A stretch of 64,000 nucleotides of DNA from Felis catus (Eukaryota), in assembly GCF_018350175.1 (NCBI RefSeq), contig NC_058368.1, forward strand, positions 48,672,001 to 48,736,000, given 5' to 3'. Shown here one piece after another: positions 26,480-39,721 of this stretch; position 1 is the stretch's first letter; every line of letters starts with the position of its first letter. The position numbers were made by a program, and so were the translations under genes. A model generated the notes under the pieces. That model worked only from the letters and a program-made list of their open reading frames with translations, was not told where the DNA came from and searched no databases.

Positions 26480-28025
26480 AAGGAGTGCTGTGGGGGAAGG
26501 GGGAGGGCATGTGCAGGTGAGCATGCGCAGTGGCTCCAACGTCCTGGAGAGGGGAGGGACAGAACCGAGCAGCACAGAGGCATGCTGGCAGCTGACCATT
26601 GGGGACCAAGGACACAGGGCACCGGTAATGGAGGGTGAGGTGATATCAGGCAGTAAGACAGAGAGTGAGGATAGGGGAAATTGGTAAAATGATCGAGCAA
26701 ATAAATAACATATGCTGAGGCTAAGCCTAGACGTCTTACCACTGGAGCAGTATTTACAAACACAGAAAGGGCAAAGACTAAAAAGAACTCTGAAATGTTG
26801 GATTGAAATCAGGAGCACAACTGACCTTTGAACAATACAGGTTTGAACTGTGTGGGTCCACTTACTTGTGCCTTTGTTTTGTTTTGTTTTGTTTTGGTTT
26901 TGTTTTGTTTTGTTTTAAAGAGGGGAAGGCAAAAGCCAGAAGCCATTTATTTACAACTACCCACCCCAGTCTTACTTTCTAAGTATCATTCTCTACTAAC
27001 AGGAACAAGGGGTACCTGAAGAGAGATAATGTATTACAAAGAGGGGGCTAGCACAAGGTGAGACTGTCACTACCTACTGTGCCCCAAAATAAAGAAGTAC
27101 TCAAAAATTGATGAGGATGGGCCAAAAGACACATAAGCTACTTAGAAGAGACTTCCATTTGCCAAGCCTGGGATAATATACATGAGCATCAAAATAAGTA
27201 AGGATAGTAACATACCGTAGCCCATTGAAAGAACTAGGAATCTGCGATACATGAAAAAATAAATCAGTGAGGGAAAAGGGAAGGCTCTTCCACAAAGCAC
27301 ATTACCAGTAGAAGAACTGACACAAAATGAAAATCACTTGGCAAGTATCACTGCAGTGGCTGATTAGGCAAAGCATTCATGGAAAACAAGCCTGGTGGAT
27401 GGAACTGTGACGAGGAAAGGGATACTGGTATAATTTTAGCACTAATCAATTACACAGGGTAAATGGTGCCTTTATGGAAGGGAAATCGCAGGCACTAACA
27501 TGACCAGATGATCAAAACTAACACCATCAAAGGCTCAGGATAATCCTATAAAATGTAAGGCCTGTATCCTACACAACTGTCAAAGACATGAAAAACCGAA
27601 GTGACTGAGGAAATATTCCCAACTGGAGGAGCTGAAGACACACGTCCACTGACTGCAGTAAATGTCCTTGGATGGCTTTCTCACCAGAATGGAAAGGCAA
27701 TGGGGTAGCTGGTGAAATATGAATGACACCTGTGGATTGGACGGCTGTGTTGTATCAGTGTGGACTTCCTGACTTTGGAACTCACCGTATGTACGGACGG
27801 TAGTTATGCATGAGTGTTCTTTTTTTGGGCAAAAATACGCCAAAAAATTCAGGAATGATGGGCATCATTCCAGAGTTTGCTCTCAAATGTCTCATTAAGA
27901 CACCAATGATAATGGGAGACAGAGGCATATGAGGCAGCAAACATGGTGAAATGCTAACAACTGTACTGATAATACAACTCACTATAAATTTGAAATTATT
28001 TCTAAATAGATAACTTTAAAAATTA
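26480..28025 (+). mobile_element. Old L1 long 3' UTR (L1MC3/L1MC4-like)
   Basis: gaaatgttggattgaaatcaggag, aaagaagtactcaaaaattgatgaggatggg and terminal tataaatttgaaattatttctaaatag motifs of L1MC 3' ends. Confidence 0.7.
26818..26875. mobile_element. Tigger2-type terminal fragment followed by (GTTTT)n
   Basis: caactgacctttgaacaatacaggtttgaactgtgtgggtccactta resembles the Tigger2a terminus. Confidence 0.75.
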
Positions 28026-28847
28026 TTATTTCTAAAAATTCTATTGGAAAACTACTTCTAGGACACTGTATAATTTCACCCCAGATGTTGAAAACAAATT
28101 TCACTTAAGATTTTTTTTCCTTTTTTTTTTTTTTAATTTTCTAAGATTATTAACTAGGAAGATCCTTTTAGCTGGTCGTTTGAGGGTTTCTTCATGGTGT
28201 CAAATTAAAACAACAATTTGATCTGAAAAATCTGCGATTTCAATGACGTTAACCCAGCTGCTAAGAAATACCAACAATGCAGCATGAAAAATGCCCATTC
28301 GAAGGTACTCTGAATCTAAAATAGCAGAATGTAGCAGGAGCAGGGCTATGCTGGCTATCAGCGGTCACTAACAAGCAGACAACCTCCTAAATAGCCTAAG
28401 TACACCCCACAGAGAATTCTGAAGAACAAAGTCCACATTTTTAATTAGAGGTATTTGGTGAAGCTATAATGTGCTATTTGTGTTGACTTTGTGGATCTTT
28501 TTGAGGAAAAAACATAAATAATCAAAATTAAGGAAATGTTTCATTTTCCTTTAAAGGATCTGAAATGAAAGAGACAATTTCAAAACCACTATGAATATGT
28601 ATTGATGAGCCATAATTCAATTCTGCCAAGTTTCAAAAGGCTTGATCTACTATGATACTATCAAATAAACTATGATTACACAAATAACTCATCATCACAA
28701 AATGAGACCTACTTTATCACAGCATCACAGTTTACATAATGGTTTAAGACAAATGATAGAAGTTTTGATAGAAGTAGATGGAGTTAGCTAAAACATAACA
28801 TTGCAATAGATCCTAAAAAGTGAACTTAATACAAGAAAAGTCAGAGC

Positions 28848-28996
28848 AGGGTGCCTGGGTGGCTCAGTCGGTTAAGTGTCTAACTTTGGCTCAGGTCACG
28901 ACCCAACGGTTCATGGGTTTGAGCCCCTGGTCGGGCTCTGTGCTGACAGTTCAGAGCCTGGAGCCTGCTTCAGATTCTGTGTCTCCCACTCATGTT

Positions 28997-29046
<50 letters not shown>

Positions 29047-29080
29047 CAAAAATACATAAACTTTTAAAAGTTTTTTTTTT
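28848..29080 (+). mobile_element. CAN-SINE
   Basis: Head, (CT)n and tail; TSD aaa(g/c)tcagagc. Confidence 0.92.
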
Positions 29081-29183
29081 AAACTCAGAGCCATTTTTTC
29101 CAGTGGGGTAATTACCCTTCCAAAACTGGGTCACAAAATTTATTTTACCCAATTATTAAAACACACGTGCGCACATGCAGGCA

Positions 29184-29184
<1 letters not shown>

Positions 29185-29225
<41 letters not shown>
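29185..29225. repeat. (CA)n microsatellite, about 20 units
   Basis: Directly visible. Confidence 0.93.
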
Positions 29226-30146
29226 ATTCAAAAACAGAGAAGCATATACAGATAATGAAAAGTCCCAGATGAGGTATGTTGGGGGGGCTTGTGAATCATC
29301 ACAGTTGAACATATTTTTGTTACATTATTTCAATGATTTGTACATTTTGTTTCCAGAGAGTTTTGAGTACTACATCATTATTCCTCTGTGGACAGGTAGA
29401 GATATTCACTGAATGATTAAACTCATGTTCTGTTATCCGACATTTATTCAACCATAACTTTACAGCCTGACATTTCTGCACATTCACATAAATTGAGATT
29501 CATAAAGATGAATATGGTACCAAAATTTCTTGACTTGTATGTCCTCTGAATCACTAAAGATTACATGCGATTCAATACCATATGGTTTCAGTGAATCTAT
29601 ATACCTAAAGTTTTGAGTGATCAGGACCCGACTTTCTTGGTCAAGTCAGATATGGCTTTTACTGTTGTCTCCAGATCACCTATATTTGTCTCAACTTCCT
29701 TATTTCTGTTCATGGCATCACCATTTTCCCCATCACACAGACTGAAAATATAATATAGCTAGAGATAGCTAACATATAATTTTGGAGTCAATAATATTCT
29801 ATAAAGAAAACATTTTCCTCATTCAGCATAGAAGTTCATGACCACACACAGTCTTCCTAATTAAATCTACTGACTCCTAAATTCATTAGATTTCAAGAAG
29901 CAATAGGCTAGCAACTTAAAAGAGAATCACCAAAACTAACAGACATTGGAAACTGTGAGATGAAATATGGTGAAGAGATGCCCGTACTTTAAACTTGATG
30001 AGTAAACATTACTCAAGTAGGTTAGGACCACTTCTGTGCTCTGTATAGGTTCCATAGTGGCACCGTATACTTTTCCTCAATAGCCCTTTACCCATATTAT
30101 TAATTTAATTAATTTCTGAAATTATTTGTTGGATGTCTGTCTTTTC

Positions 30147-30360
30147 AATTTTTTTTTCAACGTTTATTTATTTTTGGGACAGAGAGAGACAGAGCACGAA
30201 CGGGGGAGGGGCAGAGAGAGAGGGAGACACAGAATCAGAAACAGGCTCCAGGCTCTGAGACATCAGCCCAGAGCCCGACGCGGGGCTCGAACTCCCGGAC
30301 CGCGAGATCGTGACCTGGCTGAAGTCGGACGCTTAACCGACTGCGCCACCCAGGCGCCCC
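30147..30360 (-). mobile_element. Very young SINEC_Fc-type SINE
   Basis: CpGs intact; perfect 16-bp TSD ggatgtctgtcttttc at 30131-30146 and 30361-30376. Confidence 0.96.
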
Positions 30361-33300
30361 GGATGTCTGTCTTTTCTACTGGACCATAAGCTGCATAGTT
30401 CACAGTGGACTGGGTCAGCATTATATTTGGTACATCACCAGGGCCAAGTGCAGCATAAGAAATGACTGTTTCAATGCTGGTCAAAGACACCTGTTCTTTT
30501 ACTAAATAAATAGAAGGTTTACTGGATAACTGTATTCATAACTCTCTTAAGAAAGTTGGTAACAATTATGCAGTTCCGATGGTCTAAACATAAGGTCAGG
30601 AGACATACTGCCAAAAAAAAAATAGTAACTTACTTAGCCATTTCAGACTTCTTAAAATTCAAGTATTTTCTAGAAATACTACAACTAAATGAATTTTAAA
30701 TCTCCAAAACAGAATTTAGTTTTGTCCCAAATTATCTCCAACTTTACTGGACTAGTTGTTTAAATTTTTTGAAAAATATCAATCTGATTAATGAAGGGAA
30801 AATGGAAAGAAGCAAAAACACTAAAATCACATCATTACCATATTTGAAATAGTCTAATTGGAAGCATCATACAATACAGAGTAGAATAATTTGACATTAC
30901 TGTAAATGTATTCACAAAGCAAAGAGAAAAAAAGTACTGAGAAAGCCAGCAAGGGGAAGGAAAAGTAGAGAGGAGAGGGAAAAGGTCCTTGACAAAAGAG
31001 TAAACTCATAGATTCCTATGGCAAACACAGGATGACTTCTTGGCTTCTCTCACCAAGGGCATAAGTGCAGGAGACAGCATTACTTGGCTTCCAACCTGAA
31101 CATGTTAACAGAAACACAGCTTCTGAAGGAGGACCTTTTCTATAAAAGGATGAAGTGCTTGTTCAAATAATTCAATACTCAAGCACTGAAAATAAAAGGA
31201 TAAAAACTAATACACACTGTGCCTAATTATCTCCCAAGGAGAGGAGGAAGAAGGCTTTTGTAAAGTGAGAGGGAGAAAACGCCTTTCATATCATGTGTAA
31301 GGACAGTGCGTGGGGAGGGGAACTCAAGTCCAGACACGGATGCTCTCAGCATCACCTCTTATTGTAATAAAATTAAGGTAGTTATGAGATAGCAATTTCT
31401 TGTCAGCTTTAAAAAGAAATGGTATAATTGAATTTCACACACTTGATTGAGTCCCTACTCTATATAGCTTGTACCACAGTAGCTAAGAATTCAAGACTAT
31501 TTATAAAGCATTGTCCCTGTCCTCAAGGCACTCATAGTCAATTATATTTCATAATCACATTTGCTGCTTACTAGCTATTAAAGGCTTCATCTATGCTTTA
31601 CCTGTATATAGGAAATGCTTGCAGAGTCTTAAACAAGTAGCTATCTAAACTGATACTTGAGACTGTTTTGATAATACAGGTATTTCAACAACTATATCAA
31701 TTTTTTAATTGGACATCTTAGACATTAAAATTGCATTTAAATATTTAACATAAAATTTTCATTTAATTATCTGAAAAGTTCATTTATTAATTTAAATATT
31801 GGTGATGTCTTGATTAATACACTTCACTAGAAGAGGAAATGAAAAGTTTTCTAACATAATAAAAGTGAGACTAATTTAGGGCACTTTATAATTAAATTCC
31901 CATTTCTTTTACTCAACACTACATTTCAAGACATAAATTGTCTTTTCATTTGAAATTTTTTTTCAACATTTTTTCAAAACGTTCACATTGTTGATAAGCA
32001 ATGACATTTTCTGGAGTTAAAATAAATGCATACTTACAAAACTGCTCACATAAATTATGAAAAATTATGAAAAATTCATAATTTTTTCACTGGTTTATGA
32101 AGACCATAAATTAAGTCACATTCGACAAAATAAAACTGTCTAGAAAACAGATAATTTTATTATGCTAAGCAAATGATTATTAGACATCTTCTCTAACACA
32201 AGTATTGTTAGGCATTTTTCTCTATCTATAAAGACAATACGGTGTTGTAGCAACTCAAACTATCTCTCCACTGACCATATAACAGAGCCAAGCCAAACAA
32301 TTCAAGACAGACTTTCTTATTCTTTTTCTGTATTATGACAGTACACCCTCGCCAAGGGAGTTAGTTCCAATTCAAAACAACTCGAACGAAAAGAGGCTAA
32401 AGATGGCTACATGGGACACATGTGTATTCAGGATTCCATTTCCAAGAGCAAATATTCCAGGTAAGAGTCTCTATGCAATTTTTCTCTACAGTTTCCAATC
32501 AAAATTTGTAATTACAGTACCACTATGTTAAAGAAATATGTTGGATTTCAAGATAATAATCCCTATTGAGATAAAAATAAAAAAGGAATGTTCATTCATC
32601 ACTTTTTAGATCATTTCATGTTCTACCTATTTAACTCTGAGGTCTCTAGGTATGTATACCAATTTAAAGAATTTAAAAAAAAAAAAAAAAAAAGCTTAGA
32701 GAAATAAACCACTTATCAGACACTAGAAATCAAGGAAAGCCCAGTAAAGCCATTAAAACTTGCCCTGTACCTGAAAAATGATGCATCCACTTGGTCAGAA
32801 CATGAGTTGCTTGAGGAGCAAAGAGAAGACATCAAAGTGGAAATGCCCACATATAGGCCTTGAGATTCCAGTCAGCAAACAGTCGAGACAAATACATTTT
32901 ATACAAGTTTCAAGAGAAAAAGCAATTGTTCTCACAAAAATATTTAGTTATGAGATATGTTAGATCATTTGTCTTGATAAAACAAAGTTTAGGCTTATCT
33001 ACTCTACATATAGTCCTTTACTTTCCATTCGATAAAAATGCTCAATCTTCCATGTGCTATTTTGTTCCTCCCCACCCCGCCTTCTTTTTTTTTTAACACT
33101 TTCTTATAGCATCAGCCATCTCAGAAACTAAATGCATCCACATGTCTGTGATGGCACAGACACTTCATACTCATCCAGTAATGATCCTATCAAAAGACTC
33201 TTTCCACATTCTTCTGAAGTATGTCCCCCATCTCTTTGAGTACATGCACTGTGCTCTAGAACAGTAGCAATAACTTAACCTATGTCTACATCACCCTGGT

Positions 33301-33601
33301 TTCCTGAGAATCTCTGTAGATCAACTTTTTCAAAACTATTAGGGTATCAGATGGCTGCTGAATTCCTACTGACTGCTCTACAACTGTGAAAAACTCTAAA
33401 TGTTCACTTACATATGATCTTTCTTCCAGAAGCCAAGGAGAACTCTTTATGAACAACAGACTAAGGTTAACACCTTTACATCAAATTTTACATTGAGTTC
33501 ACACATTGTTTTTAAATATATGTGGCAATTTTATCTAAACTACTCATATACTGTGTGACAAAACACAGAAAGTATCAGTTTTAACTAAAAATGAGTAACT
33601 A

Positions 33602-33713
33602 GGGGCACCTGGGTGGTTCAGTCATTGAGCATCCGACTCTCGATTTCTGCTCAGGTCATGACTGCAGGGTCTTGAGATGGAGCCTGCTTGAGATTCATTC
33701 ATTCATGCATTCA

Positions 33714-33748
<35 letters not shown>

Positions 33749-33791
33749 CCCCCCCCCCCCAACTGTCCCTCCATGCTCACACACTCTCTCT

Positions 33792-33858
<67 letters not shown>
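33602..33858 (+). mobile_element. Internally deleted CAN-SINE with (GAAA)n tail
   Basis: ggggcacctgggtggttcag head; (GAAA) array at about 33792-33858. Confidence 0.88.
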
Positions 33859-33889
33859 GAATAACTAAATTTAAACTCTAACCATACTC

Positions 33890-34700
33890 AAACAACCAAT
33901 TAGGAAATGCAACAGAAAACAGAAGTACTAAACTTGAATATTTTTTAAATGGTAAGACATAAACTAATTTTCAAGGATATAAAATACACAAATCATGAAA
34001 TGAAGAACTACTTTTAACCACCAAATGGAAATTTTTTAAATACATGTTTACATTTATGCTAACAAATCTGAAAACAACTACAACATTATTTTAGAGGTAA
34101 CCATGAATATCAATCAATATTGATTTAAAAGAAGTAGGAAATCTGAATGGATCGATGCTACAGAACAGATTATGTGGGATGCAGTGGGGGGAATAAACCT
34201 AAATAATTACTTATTTTAAAAAGATACAGACATCAAGTTTCCCAATATTCAAAGAACAGATGATAGATGTCAAAATTACTTTTAACAGATCATTCTGATG
34301 CTCTGACTACTCTAGAACACAGAAAAACATGTGAAGCTTACTAATTTACTACTAAAAAGCCACATACTATGATCCAAAGCACTAACATGTCAAAAAGGAA
34401 TATTATAAGATGCCCAACATTTGATAAAATTTGAAATCTATTCTTGATTATAATTCTTAGTGAAAACAGAAAAGGGTACTTCCTTACCATAATAAAAATG
34501 TCAATCCAAACAATGGGGATTTCCTACAAAAACATGCCAACAATGACTAGTTAAAAAATATAAAAGGTCGAGGGGTACATTCACAATAGCAACTACAAAT
34601 ATAAAATATCTATAGAACTCAAATCTATGTTTTACTGAAAAACAATATAAAACAAAGTTTGAGTAAACTATAAATACATACCATATTTCTAGTAAAATAA
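33890..34700 (+). mobile_element. Highly decayed L1 ORF2 fragments
   Basis: ttatgctaacaaatctgaaaac, gaagtaggaaatctgaatggatc, catttgataaaatt, cattcacaatagcaactacaaatataaaatatct. Confidence 0.55.
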
Positions 34701-34726
34701 AATAATTATAAAAGTCCTATGGAATT

Positions 34727-34956
34727 AGAGTGCCTGGGTGACTCAGTGGGTTGAACACCAGTTCTTGATTTCGGCTCAGGTCATATTCTCATGGTCTGTG
34801 AGACGGAACCCCGACTCAGGCTCTGTGTGGACAATGTGCAGCCTGTTTGGGATTCTCCTTGTCCCTGTCTCTCTCTTCTCCTCCCCAGCTCATGCTCGCT
34901 CGCTCTCTCCCTCCCTCTCTCTCAAAATAAATAAACTTAAAAAAAAAAAAAAAAAG
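34727..34956 (+). mobile_element. CAN-SINE, first of a tandem pair
   Basis: agagtgcctgggtgactcag head, CT-rich region and poly(A). Confidence 0.9.
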
Positions 34957-34959
34957 ACA

Positions 34960-35133
34960 GGGGAACCTGGGTGACTCAGTCAGTTAAGTGACTTCAGCTC
35001 AGGTCATGGATTTGAGCCCTACAATGGGCTCTGCTCTAACAGTGCAGAGCCTGCTTCAGATCCTCTGTCTCCCTCTTTCTCTCTGCCCCTCCCCTGCTCA
35101 CATGCTCTAAAATAAAATAAACATTAAAAAAAA
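34960..35133 (+). mobile_element. CAN-SINE, second of the tandem pair, internally deleted
   Basis: ggggaacctgggtgactcagtcag head directly after the first element's tail. Confidence 0.88.
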
Positions 35134-35181
35134 AAAGTGATATGGAATAAAGTGGCCAAAGTAGCCAAGACATTTGGCGGC

Positions 35182-35204
35182 GGGGGGGGGGGGGGGGGGG
35201 GGGG
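35182..35204. repeat. Poly(G), 23 nt
   Basis: Directly visible. Confidence 0.9.
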
Positions 35205-36888
35205 AGGGAAGACTTTAATCCACATTAAAATGTCTAAAATATAGTAATTAAAATAATGTGGGACCAAGGAATAACGATAAGCTTCAACCAATGGTTATAA
35301 GATATTCAAAGTTTTCAAAAGAAATTGGAAATCTAAATTTTTAAAGTGAAGTCTCTCAAGTTTCTCTGTTGGCTTAAATCTATGAAAGCATTGTATATTT
35401 CCAAAGAAAGCATTTCTGTGGGTTCAATCAGCCACAGTGGACCTCAGCCCTATACACACCCAGCACTTCCTGCCTCACCCTGAGCTCAAGCTGCTTCCTG
35501 TGCCTGGACAGCCCTTTCCTCTCCCTCCACCCATTCAAAAGCAACCCACCCATCAAGGTGTGGCTCATAGGCCATCCCTCCACAGAGCATTCTTAGGAGT
35601 TACCATGACTTTCCCTCTATGGCCAGGACTACAGTTCTTATCACAGCGTAACTCTAGAGGTCATCCAATGTGCTTGGTCTCTTCCTCTAGACTGGGGAAT
35701 GGGAACAAATAATAACTCATGTTACAACCTAATGGCCTAGTCTACGCCAAGGAGATGGATTGCAGTTTCTGTAATCCACTCAACAAATGCAAAAATTCTA
35801 ATTGTTTTGCCAGACTTCACCAAGGATATCACAGTTGGTCTGAATGAAACTGAAATGACTTGAGATCTTTCTCTGAAAGGAGGTCAGTGGGATGAGAGAT
35901 GCAGCTAAAGCAAGCAGTTGGAGGGTAAGGAATCAGTGGCTCGTAACCTAGAAACAAGATACAAGTACCACGTGGAACACCAGAGACCGACTGCTAAGCA
36001 TCCTAATTTTGTATCTCAGATTGACTTCCAGAATACAATTTGTATTCAAAATTACCTTTTGCCTCAGCAAATTTTATTGATCCACTTGAACTGTATGTAC
36101 CCAGTGGGTAAAAAAAAAAGAACAGATGAGAACTGTGCTATAGCCTGAAAGAAAGTCTGACCCGTAAGACATCTTTTGAAAACATCCTTAATATTCTTTT
36201 CATTTTAAGCTCAAAGTAAAGTTTTTTATAACACCTAATTTGTAACTGCTTTGTAGGAACTAAAAATAAGTCATCTCTGAGATACCTATAGTAGCTTACC
36301 TTAAGAGAACTGAAAATAATCCTAAAATAATTTGTTGGCAATTTCTGAAGCTACAGCACTTTGGGAAGTTTCAGGAGCTATGAAGGAAAAAAAAGCCTAA
36401 AAAACAAAGTTCCCTCATAAGACGAGCAAAAATGTCCAATTACATCCTAAAGAACATAATGTCGTTAAAGCATCTTTCAAAATACAATACCTCTCGCATA
36501 GGAAAACATCTGTGCTAATGAAAAAGAAATGGGCTTTTTAAAATGTTATTAGTTACTAAACTAGAAATGTAGCCTTTGAAAGTGGTGTTATTAGAGAAAC
36601 ATTAACATGTCTTGCTTCCTCTTCTTCTGAATCTTTGAAATATGCTTTTTAAGTTCCATTTATTAAAGGGGCAAAGATGTTAAAGAAAACTTAAGATGTT
36701 AAAGAAAATTTCCTGGCCATTTCTAAGCTTGTTCAATATTTGTTTAAGGTTAGAAAGTCGTAAATTTCAATAGCTAATACCTTGGCTCAGATTTTAAGTT
36801 GTTCATATTTATATCTCTTCTTTACAGCAGAAATATTTCACTCTCCTTTACAAAGAAAAAGAAAGCCCTAGTTTAATATATCATAGAA

Positions 36889-37197
36889 CAAGGGTCAGCA
36901 GACTGAGGCCTATAGGCCACATAGAGCGCAGGACCTGTTTCTGTAAGGCCTGCTCTCCAAGAAAAGTTTTTCAACATACATATTCAACAAATATGTATGT
37001 TGTAGAACATACACATTTTTAAAAAATTGTAATTTATATATGTGTGTTTTGAAAATTTATATATATACACACATATACATATACATGCACAGCCCTGGAG
37101 ACCCTATGTAGACAGCAGTCTAAAATATTTACTTCAAAAAATAAATAAAATAAAATATTTACTTCCTGGTCCTTTATACAGAAGCTTACCAACCCTT
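36889..37197. mobile_element. MER58B/C-like hAT MITE
   Basis: caagggtcagcagact...taaaatatttacttcctggtcctttatacagaagcttaccaaccct. Confidence 0.7.
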
Positions 37198-37766
37198 TCC
37201 CCTGCCCCATCACAGAGTAAGCAGCTCTTTATACCCGTGGCCTCATGTGTAGGCCACTGATTTCATACTGAGCCAGAAGAATAAGTGATGGGGCCTGGAT
37301 GGAGGGTGATTTGTTTTTGTTTTTTTTTTTATCTTTTCTATTTACCACCTAGGCATACTACTAGAGTATGAGATAAGGCAGCCTCAAATTGACAATGTGC
37401 TTTACTCTAATTGAAGATAATAAGATTTCAGATGGGGTGCTCATGTCACAGGGGGGTTAAAGGAACAGGGCATACCCTTTGATACGCATTTCTCCCTCCA
37501 GCCCCTCCGTCCAGGTACACTCTTACTCCTCAAACCCAGATCAAAAGTCTCTTCCTCAAAAATCCTCCAAACTTTCTAAACCAAGGTAGCTGTACCCTTC
37601 AATGCTTTCAGAACATCCTATACAAAATTAGAATATTCAATTTATTGTAATATGTAATTATGTTTTTGTTTCCTTTTCAAAAAAGTTTGCATTCCTGGTA
37701 GCAAGGACTTGTCTTGCTCAATTCTGGACCCCTCACATTTGGCAGAAAGAATTCCTCACAGTGGGT

Positions 37767-38206
37767 AGGGATTAGTCCCCTGTGGCTGCCCTAGCAAATT
37801 ACCACAAACTTGGTAGCTAAAATCAGAAATCACTCTCTCATAGCTCTGGAGGCGAGAATCCCAAAATCAAGGTGAAGGCAAGGCCACACTTTCTCAGAAG
37901 ACCCTAAGGGAGAATCCATGCCCCTTCCAGCTTTTCTGGTGGCTGCTGGCATTCCTTGGTGTTCCCAGGCTTGTGACTACACTACTCCAAACTCTGCCTC
38001 AGTCTTCATACTGACTTCTCTTCTGACCCTCACAAGGATACTTGTCATTGGATTTAGGGCTCACCCAGGTAATCCAGGATGATCTCATCTCAATGTTCTT
38101 AATTGCATCTGCAAAGACCCTTTTTCCAAAAAAGATAACATTCAGATCTTGGTGAGATTGACAGGGACGTATCTCTTCTTAACAACCACCGTTCAATCCA
38201 CTACCA
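37767..38206 (-). mobile_element. MaLR solo LTR (MLT1C-like)
   Basis: gctgccctagcaaattaccacaaacttgg...gtcattggatttagggctcacccaggtaatccaggatgatctcatctc...tctgcaaagaccctttttccaaa. Confidence 0.9.
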
Positions 38207-38686
38207 AGCACATTCAGTAAATACATGCTCATATTGCTTTAGATCCAAATAAAATAAACATATACTAGACAAAACCTATCCCCCCAAAATGGGAAAAGAA
38301 AATCTTTATTTCCTCCCCGTTTTTGCCAATGCTCTGTTTGAAAAGCAGACACTGAGGCACAGCCAGAAGCTTGAACAGCATTTTCTTGCTGAGTCCTTAG
38401 TATTACTGTACATGGTACCCAACAGCGTATGTTTGGAGACCATTTCTTCACTTATAGGAAGAAAAGCCCAGGGTTACATATCCTTCCCCACAAACCAATA
38501 CTCTTGAATACGTGGTAATTCTTCAAGATGCTCTCTGGATGAGGTTTTGATCTCTTTAAATTCTTTACATATGGCCATGAATGTGTAATTTTATTACTGT
38601 GGCACAAAGTCAAACTATTAAGAACTCACTCTTACAGTAAACTTAAGACTTAATGCCTTATTTTTCAAGAATTTAGGCTCTGAATC

Positions 38687-39009
38687 TGTTATAGACTGAA
38701 TGTCTGTCTGCCCAAAATGTTTATGTTGAAAGTATAACCCCCAAGGCAACAACTGTATTTGTAAATATGGCCTGTGAGGTCATAGATAGGGCTTTAATTA
38801 CAAGAAGAGATACCAAAGCTCCCTCCCCTCCCTTTCTCTCCGCCCCCCCCCTTCCCCCCTTCATATAGGAACACAGTGAGAAGGTAGCCACCTGCAAGCC
38901 AAGAAGAAAGTCCTCACCAGGAACTGATCCTGATCTTGGAGCTCTTCAGAACTGTAAGAAAATAAATTTATGTTGTTTAAACTACCCAGTGCCCAAGCAA
39001 ACTAAGGCA
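38687..39009 (+). mobile_element. MaLR solo LTR (MLT1A-like)
   Basis: tgttatagactgaatgt...gagaaggtagccacctgcaagccaag...cagaactgtaagaaaataaatt...actaaggca (TG...CA ends). Confidence 0.88.
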
Positions 39010-39194
39010 AGATCTAAACACAATCTTAGGCACATTATAAACACTCAATGAAAATTAGTTGATTTCCATGACTGTGAGTGTTCCGAGCACACAGTTTATG
39101 ATTTTATAGTAAGACTTTTCAGAAAATATTTTCACAATATGGAGATCAAAGATTGCTGTGCTTTTCAAATTAGGGTTAAAAACTAAGACAACAA

Positions 39195-39432
39195 GGGGTG
39201 CCTGGATGGCTCAGTCAGTTAAGCGTCCGACTTCGGCTCTGGTTATGATCTCGTGGTTTGTGGGTTCGAGCCTGGCATTGAGCTCTCTGCTAACAGCAGA
39301 GCCTGGAGCCTGCTTCAGATTCTGTGTCTCCCTCTCTCTCCTCCCCTCCCCCACTCACGCTCACGTGCACTCTCTCAAAAATTAAAAATAAACATCAAAA
39401 AAGTGTGCTATCTAAAGCATATGTATTTTAAA
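39195..39432 (+). mobile_element. CAN-SINE with extra unique 3' segment
   Basis: TSD aaaactaaga(c/t)aacaag at about 39179-39195 and 39433-39449. Confidence 0.92.
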
Positions 39433-39506
39433 AAAACTAAGATAACAAGTTCAAAACATCTATAAGCTGTAATTAAGACTGAAATAATTTTTCTGCCCAA
39501 GGTTTG

Positions 39507-39525
39507 TTCTGTTTTGTTTTGTTTT

Positions 39526-39559
<34 letters not shown>

Positions 39560-39721
39560 TATAAGCAGGGGAGAGGGGTAGAGGGAGAGAGAGAAAATTT
39601 TAAACAGGCTCCATGCTCACTGCCAAGCCCAACATGGGGCTCGATCCTACAGTCCTGGACTCGTGACCTGAGCCAAAATCTAGAGTCGAACGTTCAACCG
39701 ACTGAGCCACCCAGGCACCCC
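39507..39721 (-). mobile_element. CAN-SINE
   Basis: (GA)n and reverse head ctgagccacccaggcacccc. Confidence 0.92.

Noticed and set aside
30634..30783. Possible 150-nt minus-strand exon (pyrimidine tract-CAG ... TAA|GTAAGT)
   Set aside because: Very AT-rich with stop codons and intron-like composition; such motif pairs are expected by chance in 60 kb.
32051..32088. Short tandem and inverted repeat aaaaattatgaa-aaa-ttcataattttt
   Set aside because: Low-complexity AT-rich hairpin, too short to imply a miRNA or terminator.
36674..36708. 16-bp direct repeat aagatgttaaagaaaa with 3-nt spacer
   Set aside because: Simple local tandem duplication with two copies; not CRISPR-like.
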